Origin: Octopus sinensis
Lineage: Eukaryota
Direction of reading: 5' to 3'
NCBI RefSeq assembly: GCF_006345805.1
Contig: NC_043011.1
Span: 29,400,464 to 29,464,463, forward strand
DNA length: 64,000 nucleotides
Of the stretch, positions 52,725 to 64,000 are shown piece after piece; within the stretch, counting starts at the first letter, position 1; every line of letters starts with the position of its first letter. Made by a program: the position numbers and the translations under genes. The notes under the pieces are model-generated. The model saw only the letters and a list, made by a program, of their open reading frames with translations, did no database searches and was not told the DNA's origin.

Positions 52725-52824
52725 TTAGATAGCAGCATAGTTAAGGTTAGCTAATACCACATTCTGTTTGGAGATGGTGGGCATCGAAGAGCATGTGGTA
52801 TTACTTAACCGTGCCGTTATCTAA
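52725..52824. repeat. 100-nt imperfect hairpin
   Basis: ttagatagcagcatagttaag pairs with cttaaccgtgccgttatctaa, and taataccacat pairs with atgtggtatta. Confidence 0.8.
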
Positions 52825-53717
52825 CATTCTGTTTTAATACCTAGTGCGAAAAAGATTGGTAAAATAGGCTGAAATTGATCTATAATACTGTTTACATTGA
52901 TTAATATATCCACTCTATTGACAAATATACATGTGCATATTTTTTTCTGATTTATGGATTCTTAGATAATTACACACCCACACACATATGGCATTTCATC
53001 ACTTTGGTATGCATAAAGTATTTGGACACCATATGTGAGTGTGTGTGTGTGTGTATAGTATATATATATACAGATGTGCATGTGGAATTTTATCACCACT
53101 ATGCACACAACATTATTGGATGTATATGTTATATTTTATTCACACACACAAACACACATACACACATATACACATATTGATATTTCAACATATGGCTTTG
53201 TTGCTTAAGTTATGCTTACTAGAAAAAAAAAACAATGTTTCATAAAAGTTTCTTTCATCAGGAAAACAGCCAACTAATATCGCAGCCATGGGTTTAAAAT
53301 ACACCTACAGGCATGGAAGTTTATTTTAATAGATGATAGGCAAGTAATTGCCCAAGTCCTAGGAAGAAATCTGCTGAATATTCTTATAAACACATACGTT
53401 TGTCTTTACATGTTTTGAAGAATAAATACCTACTTATCAGCTTATGATACAATCTATAAATCTCTAATACCTTTCTGTCTGTCTTGTCCCATTCTTTTTT
53501 ATGTTTCTTTCTCCTGCACATACAAACACATTTTCATAGGATTTATGTGTTCACCTATATTATTTATTGGTTTAAATCAATGGATGGTAGCCGTGTTGTG
53601 GCATCACCATTAAAGAGTTTTGGTTGAAAATACCTACTCCAAAATTTCTGTTCCAAACTTATTTTGCCATTTTGTATGTATAATTAACCCTTTAGTGTCC
53701 AGATTAATTTATCAAAT

Positions 53718-54538
53718 ACTAGCAGAATTGCCCAGCTCGTGCGCTCGTGTGTTCTATGCACGTGCAAATTAAGCTAAACTTGGATGAAGTTCAATCAAAA
53801 TTCAATTATTTTGGTTTTAAAATCAAGCATTTAATGCCCTCTATTTTTGCACTTACGTGTTCCGTTTCCTCAATAGGAAGTACGTAGAAGTGTTTCATAA
53901 ATTTTTGCTGATCAAATAATTGCATTGTTGAATTATTCTTTTAGATCAGTATTTCTCAACGGGGATTTCAGGGGAGAGTTTCAGGGAGTCGCTGGCGATG
54001 TATCGTGATGATCAAAAATCCGGCCTGCTAAAATTTGGTTAAAGTGATTCAAACTGCAGACTCAATGCAAAATGGTCACATTTAATTCAAAGCATTAAAA
54101 ATGTTATGAAAACAATTGGTATGTGTTCACAAAGTCCAAACGATTAATACGAAAAAACTCTCCAGGCTACATCCCGAAAATTCATTTCTTTGCCGAATTT
54201 CTACAATGTTTACGGCGATTCATTTTTATATCTTGATTTTTTATTTTTCATGCAATTTACGCATGCTTGCACACGTGGTGAACACAGTTCACGTCAACAG
54301 TTGAGTAAAGTTCACTATTCAAAGCATGGGATAAGGCCTAAACAAACACATTATCGATTTTTGCACTTGCGAGATGAATTTCGGAACAGAAATAACGCAG
54401 TTCAATTTTCATTCGCCTAAACTTTAAGTGACGCATTTTTGGTGGTTCTACGATTTGTTGGCTAGGAGGAGATGTGCCGGGAAGTTAAACACACAGACAC
54501 ACACACAGACACACAAGTTGAGTTTTTTATATATAGAT
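53718..54538 (+). mobile_element. HINE-like element of a different subfamily
   Basis: 5' ACTAGCAGAATTGCCC and 3' (AC)n-agttttttatatatagat, the same terminal grammar as 29700-30091. Confidence 0.65.
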
Positions 54539-54756
54539 AATTCCTATTTATCCACATTTAAAAAAAATTAATCATGTGGTGTCTTGTAGCTTCAAAGTTT
54601 TGAATATATCATTTATTTTTTAGAATGATATTGTAGGGTATGTGTGAGAAACTCGATCTGGTCAGTTTCAACATAAAGCAGGTAGAAGTCCAGTATTTAT
54701 GCCTCTTTTACATCTGCTTGTCTGTGTGTGTACATATAAAATATATATATATATAT

Positions 54757-54957
54757 AATTCATAATTGAGGGCAAAGAAAAAAAATTTCTAATGTCAAAT
54801 ATGCCGAAAAATTGGACATTTGGCATTAGAAATTTTTTCCTTTGCCCTCATTTATGAATAGTTTATAAATTTAACCGTTAAAGGTATTTTTTAATATGCT
54901 GGCCATTGATAAAATATTTTTCGAGAAAATATTTTTTTTAGAAGAGAATTTTATCCT

Positions 54958-54960
<3 letters not shown>
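54757..54960. repeat. Hairpin with arms of about 45 bp; the right arm continues as the repeat also found at 60620-60750
   Basis: attcataattgagggcaaag...ctaatgtcaaat pairs with atttggcattag...ctttgccctcatttatgaat. Confidence 0.75.
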
Positions 54961-54995
<35 letters not shown>

Positions 54996-55289
54996 ATGGA
55001 TGTATGTATATCTATATATGTATATATGTATACACACTGCTGGGGAAGGATTCCAACCACCCCCATGTGATAAAAGAGTGTGTGTGTGTGTTTGTGTGTC
55101 CGTGTTGGTCCCCACACCATCGCTTGACAACCGATGTTGGTGCGTTTATGTCTCTGTAACTTAGCAGTTTGGCAAAAGAGACCGATAGAATAAGCACTAG
55201 GTTTACAAAGAATAAGTCCTGGGGTCAATTTGCTCGACTAAAGGCGGTGCTCCAGCATGGCCAAAGTCAAATGACTGAAACAATATATA

Positions 55290-55331
<42 letters not shown>

Positions 55332-55403
55332 GAATGTATATATATACATACACATATATATATATATACACATATATATATATACATACACACACACACA
55401 CAC

Positions 55404-55456
<53 letters not shown>

Positions 55457-55643
55457 CAGTTTTAGGTATGTTTATGTGGTTAAGAAGCTTGCTTTACCTT
55501 TATATATTTTTGGGTTCAATTCCTCTCTGCATGGCATTTTGGGCAAGTGTCTTCAACTACAGCCCTAGGCAAACTAAACTTCATAGCTTGTCTCAAGAGT
55601 GTAAGTATGGATAGACGTAGTTTTTGTTCTTTTTTTCCTTCAC

Positions 55644-55754
55644 CTATTACTGGGATAATATCAATGCCGTCAATCTGTACAAAAGCTGGATAATAATGTG
55701 GCTCATCTTCAGAAAATCTGGTGATATGTTGATGCAAAAAGTTCTCGAAGATTT
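55644..55754 (-). CDS. Candidate small exon, unidentified
   Basis: Acceptor actttcattAG and donor TAG/gtgaag; 111 nt, phase 1-1, open frame IFENFLHQHITRFSEDEPHYYPAFVQIDGIDIIPVI. Confidence 0.25.
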
Positions 55755-55856
55755 CTAATGAAAGTTATTCTATTTCGAAGTTTGATTCTAATTCTTCACA
55801 CAAAGTATTTCACTTGTATATTTATGAATTTATTTATTTTATTATATGTATGTGCA

Positions 55857-55900
<44 letters not shown>

Positions 55901-56249
55901 GAAATTGGTTTTGTAAGATTTACATTAATACTTATAGAAATGAGGAAAAGTCTGTTTCAAACAGAGAAGACTTATATGTGTGTTTCATAAGAGATAAGAA
56001 GTACTTCACTAAGGAAAGGTTCTGAAGCAAAAGACGAGGAGTTAGAGGTCAATTTTGCAGAAAGATTGCTTACGAACCACATGGTTCTGGGTTCAGTCCC
56101 ACTGCATGGCACCTTGGGCAAGTGTCTTCCACTATAGCCTTGGGCCGACCAAAGCCTTGTGAATGGATTTGGTAGACGGAAACTGAAAGAAGCCCATCGT
56201 ATATATGTATATATATGTATATATATATATATATTTACGTGTGTGTGTG

Positions 56250-56287
<38 letters not shown>

Positions 56288-56755
56288 TACCACCACCACC
56301 AAGAGCATTTTTCACGCCAGTATCATCATAGCTCAGAAAGTCCTTTCACTGCTTAATATAACAGCCAAATCTCCATCAAATCACATCCTATCGTCTTAAA
56401 TAGCAATGGGAATGACATGGTGAATAATGTATTTCAAAGGAAAATGATGGGATAGTTACTTGATTCTTTCGTGTTGGAGGTGGGGGGGTCTGCTTGATTG
56501 TGACCAACTTGGGTTGAATAAGAATAACAAAAACCCCTGAGAAAATTAATGACAAGAAGGGAGAGAGAAGAGAAGTAAGGAAGAAGGAAGAAAAGGAGGA
56601 TGGAAGGATAGAAAAAGAGATATTAAAAGATAGGTATGTTGGTGTATGTTGGTAGGTAGGTAGATAGATAGATCAACAGATAGGTAGATAGATCAACAGA
56701 TAGAAAAATTGATAGCTAGCTAGCTAGATAGATAAATAGATAGATAGATAGATAA

Positions 56756-57360
56756 GTTTCTTTATTGGCCACACAGGGCTGTACACAGATGGGACAAGTT
56801 ACAAGGTAGAGCTTTTCTTTTGGGGGATGAAAAAAACAAAAAACAAAAGAAACAAAAAAAGAAAAAAAGGGGTGGCATAGGTTTTCGATCAAGAGGGATT
56901 GTAAAAGGGAAGAAAAGAACAAAAAAAAAAATAAAATAAAAAAAAAAAAAATAAATAAATAAAAAAAGAAGAAAAGGAAAAGGAACAAAAGAAAAGAGAA
57001 ATGAAAAAAGAAAAAAGGGGAAAAAAAAGGGGAAGAGGAAAAAAAAGACCAATAGGGATCGTGTATCACAGTCTTATGATATATGGTGTAAAGGGGAAAG
57101 CAAGTAAGGTTTATCCGTGGGAAGAAAAGCCTACGAAAAAGACCACGGTAACCTTGGTCAATATTGTTATATGTTACCACATTTGTTTGCAAGTGGGTAA
57201 CCCTCTGTTTTCAATTTCTGGGTTCATAGGATTATGCTCATTCATACGTGCCATCCTTGCTACATTCACCCATCTTTTTTTAAAACATTCGCTAGACAAA
57301 ACTTGCCTCTCTACTCTCACTTTCCTTTTCAAGTGGTACTTGAAGAAGTTGATGAGAGAT
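56756..57360 (-). mobile_element. Tx1/L1-like LINE 3' end inserted in a (TATC)n array
   Basis: Minus frame SLINFFKYHLKRKVRVERQVLSSECFKKRW, a T-rich 3' UTR and an aataaagaaac end; (GATA)n lies on both sides. Confidence 0.6.
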
Positions 57361-57459
57361 TGATAGATAGATAGATAGACAGATAGGTATGTATGTATGT
57401 AGGTAGGTAGGTAGATCAACAGATAAATAGGTAGATATATAAGTAGATTAGATAGAATG

Positions 57460-57495
<36 letters not shown>

Positions 57496-57586
57496 GGGAG
57501 CAAAGAGTGAGAAAGAGAGGGTTAACTAGATAAAAGTGATAGGGAGAGAAGAGATACACAGAAAGATAGAATGAGGGTGACAAAGT

Positions 57587-57620
<34 letters not shown>

Positions 57621-57929
57621 GCAGAAATGGAGTGAAAAAAGAGAAAGAAATTAGACAGTGACATATAGAGAAATGTAGTGAATAAACAACATGACAGGCA
57701 ATCCATTATATCATGACCACCACTAAAAAACACATGAAATTTAAGGGGTGGGGAGATTGACAAACATAGACATCATGGTAGGAAATGATAAGAGTGTGTG
57801 ATGGTGGAGATAATGATGAGGACAATAGCAATGATAAAGAAGAGGAGAGGAGGAGGAAGGTGAAGGGTGGAAGGAGAGGAAGGATGGAGGGAGAGGAAGG
57901 GTGAAGGAGGAAGAGGAGGATAAAGAGAT

Positions 57930-58956
57930 GGAGGATGACGCTGATAATGATGTTGATGACAATGATGATAAAGTTGATGATGATGATGATGACAAGAATG
58001 ATGAGGATGATGAGGATGACAATGATGATGACAATGGTGATGATGATGATGATGAGGATGATGACGATGATGATATTTAATCAGAACATGTATGACAACA
58101 GCACACAGTTTGACAATGATAAAGGTGGTGCCAGTGGTAGTGGTAGCAGTGAGGCTGACAAGGATGTGGGCAATGATGAGGCATATGAGCTCGATAATGC
58201 TGATGATGATGAATATGATAATGACAACGACGACGACGACGACGATGATGATGATGATGATGATAATGGTGATGGCTTCATTTTTACTTTATCGGTTGTG
58301 ATTTTGATTATAAAGATATGGACAATATTTAGAGGTTTTGATAGCAAAAATTATAATGATCGTGGTGTTGATGATGATGATGATGATGGCGACAGTGATA
58401 GTAATTACAGTGAAAATGATGATGATGATCATGATGATGGTGATGGTGATGCTGGTGGTGCTGGTGGTAATATTGATGGCTAAGTCAGCAGCAAATTATA
58501 ACAATTGCTTTTAGATTGCAGAAACATTTATTCTGCTTGTTTCTTTGCTTGTTTGTTTGTTTTTGTCATCGTTATTAATACCAACAAAACCTTTGGCAGC
58601 TGTTGTAACTGGTATTGTCATCATTAACATCATCATTATTGTTATCATCTTTGTCGTGGTTGTTATCATTGTTCTGATCATCATCATCATCATCATCGTC
58701 ATCATCATCGGGATTGTCATCATCATTGTCATTGCCATCATCATTGTCATCGTCATCGTCATCATCATCATCATCATCATCGTCATTGTCATCATCATCA
58801 TCATCATTGTCATCATCATCATCTTCATTGTCATCGTCATCATCATCGTCATTGTCATCATCATCATCATCATCATCTTCATTGTCATCATCATCATCTT
58901 CATTGTCATCATCATCTTCATTGTTGTCATCATCATCATCATCATCATCATCATCG

Positions 58957-58994
<38 letters not shown>

Positions 58995-59013
58995 GTCATC
59001 ATCATCATCATTG

Positions 59014-59064
<51 letters not shown>

Positions 59065-59250
59065 CCAAATATCATCATCATCATCATCATCTTCATTGTT
59101 GCCGTCGTCATCATCATCATCATTGTCATCATCATCATCTTCATTGTCATCATCATCATCATCATCATAAACATCATTATCATCATCATTGTTGTCAACA
59201 TCATCATCATAATTATCAACATCATCATCATTGTTATCGTCACCAAGACA
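57930..59250. repeat. (GAT)n array followed by an oppositely oriented (CAT)n array
   Basis: 57930-58480 is GAT-oriented and 58600-59250 is ATC-oriented. Confidence 0.95.
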
Positions 59251-59461
59251 GCTGCTGTATGGCTAGTTAATCCGTTAGAAATAAAGGCCATAGCACTCAA
59301 ATCACAACTTCACCATCTAACAAAATTGAAGGACACATTGCATTTGCTTGTTGTGGATTGACCTCTTCAAAATACTGGGAGGGTCATCACAGATAGGAAA
59401 TGAAAATGCCATATGTCAAAGGTCTGCTTCATCAGTATTGACTTGAGGCTCAACAACAACG

Positions 59462-59497
<36 letters not shown>

Positions 59498-60780
59498 GCA
59501 ACAATGGAAACAACAACAACATTGTTGTCATCGTCATCAAAATCATTAACTTTTGACCTTCATCACGCTCATTTATCTCGTCATACTCACATTGTCATCT
59601 GTGACCTTACTGGTCCCTAACGTATGGCATAATCTTGCAAGGGTTCTGTTGTTAACATGTGAGAGAATCATGGAAGAAAAAGAACCTAGAACATTCCCCC
59701 ACCAGAGACCCATTTATCCGGTCACTTAACAAATCACAGCCTACTCAATTGCAATTCCTGCGGCTAAACAACAACAGCAACCACTACCATTAAGACCGCT
59801 ACCACTTCCTCTCTTCTTTTTCTTCTTCTTCTTCTTCTTCTTATTATTATTATTCTTTCTCTTCCTCCTCCTACTCCTCCTACTCCTCTTCCCCCTCCTC
59901 TTCCCCATACCTACCTCCTCTTCATCCCACACCCACCTCCTCCTCTTCCCCATACCTTCCTCTTCTTCTTCCCCATACCTTCCTCCCCTCCCCTCCTACA
60001 CCCATTCTGCTTCCACTCCTCCTCCTCCTTCTCCTCTGCCTTTTCTGCTACCCCTCCCCCCCATCGCCCCTCCACCAGTTATACCGTACCACCTTAAGGA
60101 TATCACACACTGCATACTGTAGTTCTAGATACATACCTTATGGGGTGGCCATAGTTGAAAGTCTTTTGATTGTAAGTACACTCACTTATGGCTGACCTAG
60201 GGCTACAAAACTACAAATTCAACCTTGGATCATAATTGCAGCACTTTAATTAAGGAAAATGACATTTAAGAAAATGTGGCTCTTGTAAAATTGCCGAAAA
60301 CAAAATGTTCAGATGTACAATAAAATGGCTACAGGGAGTGGAAAATCAAGCCTTTTAGATAGAATCTTCTTTTAGACAAAGATTCTCTTTTTTTACAAGG
60401 AAAAATGTGTGGTAGGAAGCTTGCTTCCTAATCACATGGTTCCAAGTTCAGTTCACTGTGTGGTACCTTGGGCAAGTGCTTTCTTATAAAGCCTTAGGCC
60501 GACCAAAGCCTTTATATATATATATATAATTTATAAGTAATTTATTTTAGAAATTTCTGTCGTCGGCTTTCTTCGAAACGCGTGCTTGTAGTGATAAATT
60601 ACATGGTTATTGATGTTATGTCTATTTTCGGCATATTTTGGCATTAGAAAATTTTTTCTTTTGCCCTTACTTATAAATTGTTTATAAATTTAACCTTTAA
60701 AGGTATCTTTTAATATGCTGGCCATTGATAGAATTTTTTCGAAAAATTTTATCCTACATTAGATGTGTATATATATATAT

Positions 60781-61292
60781 ATCTATATATATAAAACTGT
60801 AGTTGTGTGAGTGTCTGTCCCCTTCGATTTACATTCCTAACTACTCCCACATTTTGCGGTGCAGTTTAACCAAATTCGGGTATCTTATAGTTGTGATTAA
60901 TATCGAGCCCGTCTGGGTATTAGTGCGCGTCTACGATGAGTCTACGATTTAAAAAATAATTTAACATCATTTTTTATTCCATTTTAATGCATAATTTTTC
61001 ATGTGTCGATGGCGGCGGAGTTGGCGTCCATGGTCACACCTGCACCTGTGTTCTCCCCCTTCTTCCCTCCCGCGTGAAGCTGTGGGGAAGGGAGTGTAAG
61101 AAAATCAACGTCGTAAAGCGTTGTCAAGGAGACCAGCGTTCTTTTAGAACAACGACTTCATGGCTTGAAGACACCAAAACAGAAATGGCTAAGAAAGCCC
61201 GAATTGGCATCTATAAGGGAAGTAACTCTCTAAAAATGCTTATATAGTTATTTCCCTTACAAACCCGAGCAACGCCGGGCGATACTACTAGT
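60781..61292 (-). mobile_element. HINE-like element, same family as 29700-30091
   Basis: Ends in cccgagcaacgccgggcgatactactag and shares the internal tcgtagactcat...gataccc block. Confidence 0.85.
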
Positions 61293-61691
61293 ATATATAT
61301 ATAAAGGAAAACAAAAATTGGGACAAGAATGCAAAACATTCAGACAATCAGATGATACAAAAAGAGGACAAAAAATAACAAGGACAGGTCATTCAGAGTT
61401 TTCTCTCCTCATAGATAACTGAAAAAAGTTGGAGTCAACAAGAAGGCTGGATATTTATTTGCAATCACTACAATTGTTTCTATGCAACATAGTTCTCCAA
61501 ACTTGCAGGTATTTGGTTATGCAACCGTTTCCTTGCATTACGAAATCTAGTTGTGTTTCCTCAGGTGATATATAAATATTGACTTAGTAAATTCAAATTC
61601 TTAGCTTCAAGAGCATCATGTTTGTCTGTCATGGCTTATATATATATATATATTCTTGGCTTCCAGAGCATCCTGTCTGTCTGTCGTGGCT

Positions 61692-61755
<64 letters not shown>

Positions 61756-62019
61756 TGTATGTATGTATGTATATGTGTGTGTGTCTTTGTATCTGTGTTT
61801 GTCCCTCACCACAACTTGACAACTGGTGCTAGCATGTTTACATCATGAATACTCCAAAGACACATTCCTAGATGTCAAACATCATGTGAAAGAGAGAGAG
61901 AGCAGCAGCAGCAAGCTAAGTCAATAAGTGGTAGAGTAGATAATGTGCATGTTGAATGGTGGTGAGGAGGAAAGGAGGTGACTGGCTCTCCAAGAAGAAC
62001 CAATATTATGTATATTCAG

Positions 62020-62053
62020 ATGATGATACAAGAAACGATGATGATGTTAGTAG

Positions 62054-62100
<47 letters not shown>

Positions 62101-62278
62101 GTGATGATGATGATGATTGTGATGATGATGGTGATGATGATGATGTATTAAGTTGAAATGGAGGAGGAATTGGAAGAGGGGGAAGATGAAGGGGAGGGGA
62201 AGAAAGGAGAGAAGAAGGAGGGGAGCACTGAGGAGGGGGAAGTGTGGAAGAAAGAGAAGGTGGGCAGTGATAAGGACA

Positions 62279-62311
<33 letters not shown>

Positions 62312-63108
62312 GTGATGATGCTGAAGACAATGCCAACAATGACGATGATGATGATGACGACAATGACGATGATGATGATGGCATTAGCAGCAGCCATTGT
62401 TTGTGGTATGTGTATCCCCGAACAAGTCCCAATCAAGTAGACTTAGAATTAAAGACTTCCTCATTTATAGCCAATCTATATTTTCTTAGGCATTGTCTAC
62501 CCCAGACTACACTGCCCACTGTGTCCTTTTGTGTTGTAAGATATAATTTGAGTTTGCATTAACTGCTGTTTTCAACTAGTTGAATGACTGACCACTCTGT
62601 AACCATTTTGTTTTTGTTGCTTCGGGCAGTAGTAGTAGTGGTGGTGGTGGTGGTGGTGGTGGTGGTGGTGGTGGTGATGGTATTTCATAATAACTGTAGC
62701 TTTTATTGCTGGTATAAATTCAAGAACTTTCTGCTAGATTTGGTGTTCAAGTTGATAATTAACCGTTATCTGCCTCATCGACAACCGCAAGCAGCGGTGG
62801 TGGTGGTGGTGGTGGTGGTGGTGACAGCGTCATAGTCATCACTATCATCATCGTCAACGTCATCATCATCATCATCACCATTGCCATCCATATCGTTGTT
62901 ATTACCATCGTCATCATCATCACCATCAACGTCGTCATCATCGTCATCATCATCATTGCTGTTTTTTCCATCATCGTCATCATCATCATCATCATTGTCT
63001 CAGACATTGTCATCACCATCATCACCACTGCCATCCTTATTGTTGTTATTATCACCACCATCATCATCATCAACGTCGTCATCATCATCATCATCATCCC
63101 CATCATTG

Positions 63109-63139
<31 letters not shown>

Positions 63140-63170
63140 CATCATCATTATCCTCATTACTATCAACGTC
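62020..63170. repeat. Opposed (GAT)n and (CAT)n arrays
   Basis: 62020-62390 is GAT-oriented and 62830-63170 is ATC-oriented. Confidence 0.9.
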
Positions 63171-63809
63171 ACTGTTACAGTAAATATTTGTCTGATTGAG
63201 CTAATCGTAAAAAAAAACCTTTATGTGGTTGTTCACCCAACTAGAAATAGCAGCTGATTTATCTCAGGACAAAGCTAATTACATTGAAAAGGAAAGACAT
63301 AGCAGTATACAATGTAATTCTATGTATATTATATAGAAACAAACACAAAAGACTCTCAAATCTTCATAAGTGGAATGTCTGCACAAGAGTTGACTGATCT
63401 GGACCTAAATAATAATTCTTCCTACTATTGGCACAAGGACTTGAATTTTTTGGGGTGGGGTAAGTCAATTACACCGACCCCAGTGCGTAACTGGTACTTA
63501 TTTTATCGACCCCGAAAGAATGAAGGGAAAAGTTGACCTCGGAGGAATTTGAACTCAGGATGTAAAGTTAGAATAAATACCACTAAACATTTGACAAGAA
63601 TAACATCGACCAGGATAACATTCCAGGATTAGTAAAAAGGAAGGACGAAGATATCTGCAAAGAGGAAATCTGGCCAGAATGTCTGCCAGAGAGTGAACTT
63701 TGCTAATGACAATGTATGTATGTATGTATATATGTATGTATGTATTTAAGGACTGTGTCAAGTACTCATTAAAGGCCTGTGATATACAGGAGACTGACTG
63801 GGAGAACAA

Positions 63810-63923
63810 TGTATGTACATACATACATACATACATACATACATACATACATACATACATACATACATACATACATACATGCATGCATGCATACATACAT
63901 ACATACATACATACATACATACA

Positions 63924-63954
<31 letters not shown>

Positions 63955-63965
63955 GTATGTATGTA
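63810..63965. repeat. (TACA)n microsatellite
   Basis: Directly visible. Confidence 0.95.
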
Positions 63966-64000
63966 TGTTTACTACTTATGCAGAGTTTGACCACCTCCTG

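Noticed and set aside
58545-59361. ORFs of 215-241 aa (poly-Asp, poly-Ile, poly-Ser)
   Set aside because: These are stop-free frames of (CAT)n.
60550-60585. Possible eighth hammerhead (ctgtcgtcggctttcttcgaaacgcgtg)
   Set aside because: The core and stem II are too degenerate to call from this copy alone.
116-63994. Most ORFs in the supplied track (poly-YI, HT, CV, D/M/I, S, RE)
   Set aside because: They are translations of microsatellites or SINE bodies. The recurring FQSFDCGHAGAPP and RHLPKV peptides are family A SINE frames.

Overview
A very repeat-dense, AT-rich eukaryotic window, intronic or intergenic in character, with no long ORF that I can support as a real gene. Nearly every ORF in the supplied track is translated microsatellite or SINE sequence. 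The SINE families, together with dense (AT)n, (AC)n, (TACA)n, (GAT)n and (AAT)n arrays, point to an octopod cephalopod; that assignment is recognition-based inference. Contents include about 15 CORE-type tRNA-SINE copies, three other SINE-like families, mariner fossils and MITEs, hAT and Tc2/pogo-like MITEs, three Helentron-associated (HINE-like) elements, and fossils of RLE-type, Tx1-like and Penelope-like retrotransposons. The most notable signal is a set of at least seven minimal type I hammerhead-ribozyme motifs from several Penelope-like families. One lies in a TSD-bounded 498-bp unit ordered GIY-YIG C-terminal remnant, tRNA-like Pol III head, (AAT)n, hammerhead. Two others sit at the apex of long inverted-repeat arms. 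The window also contains several foldback or inverted duplications and a 1.65-kb tandem duplication that may be an assembly artefact. A few candidate small exons are listed at low confidence. All coordinates and pairings were read by eye, and no searches were run.
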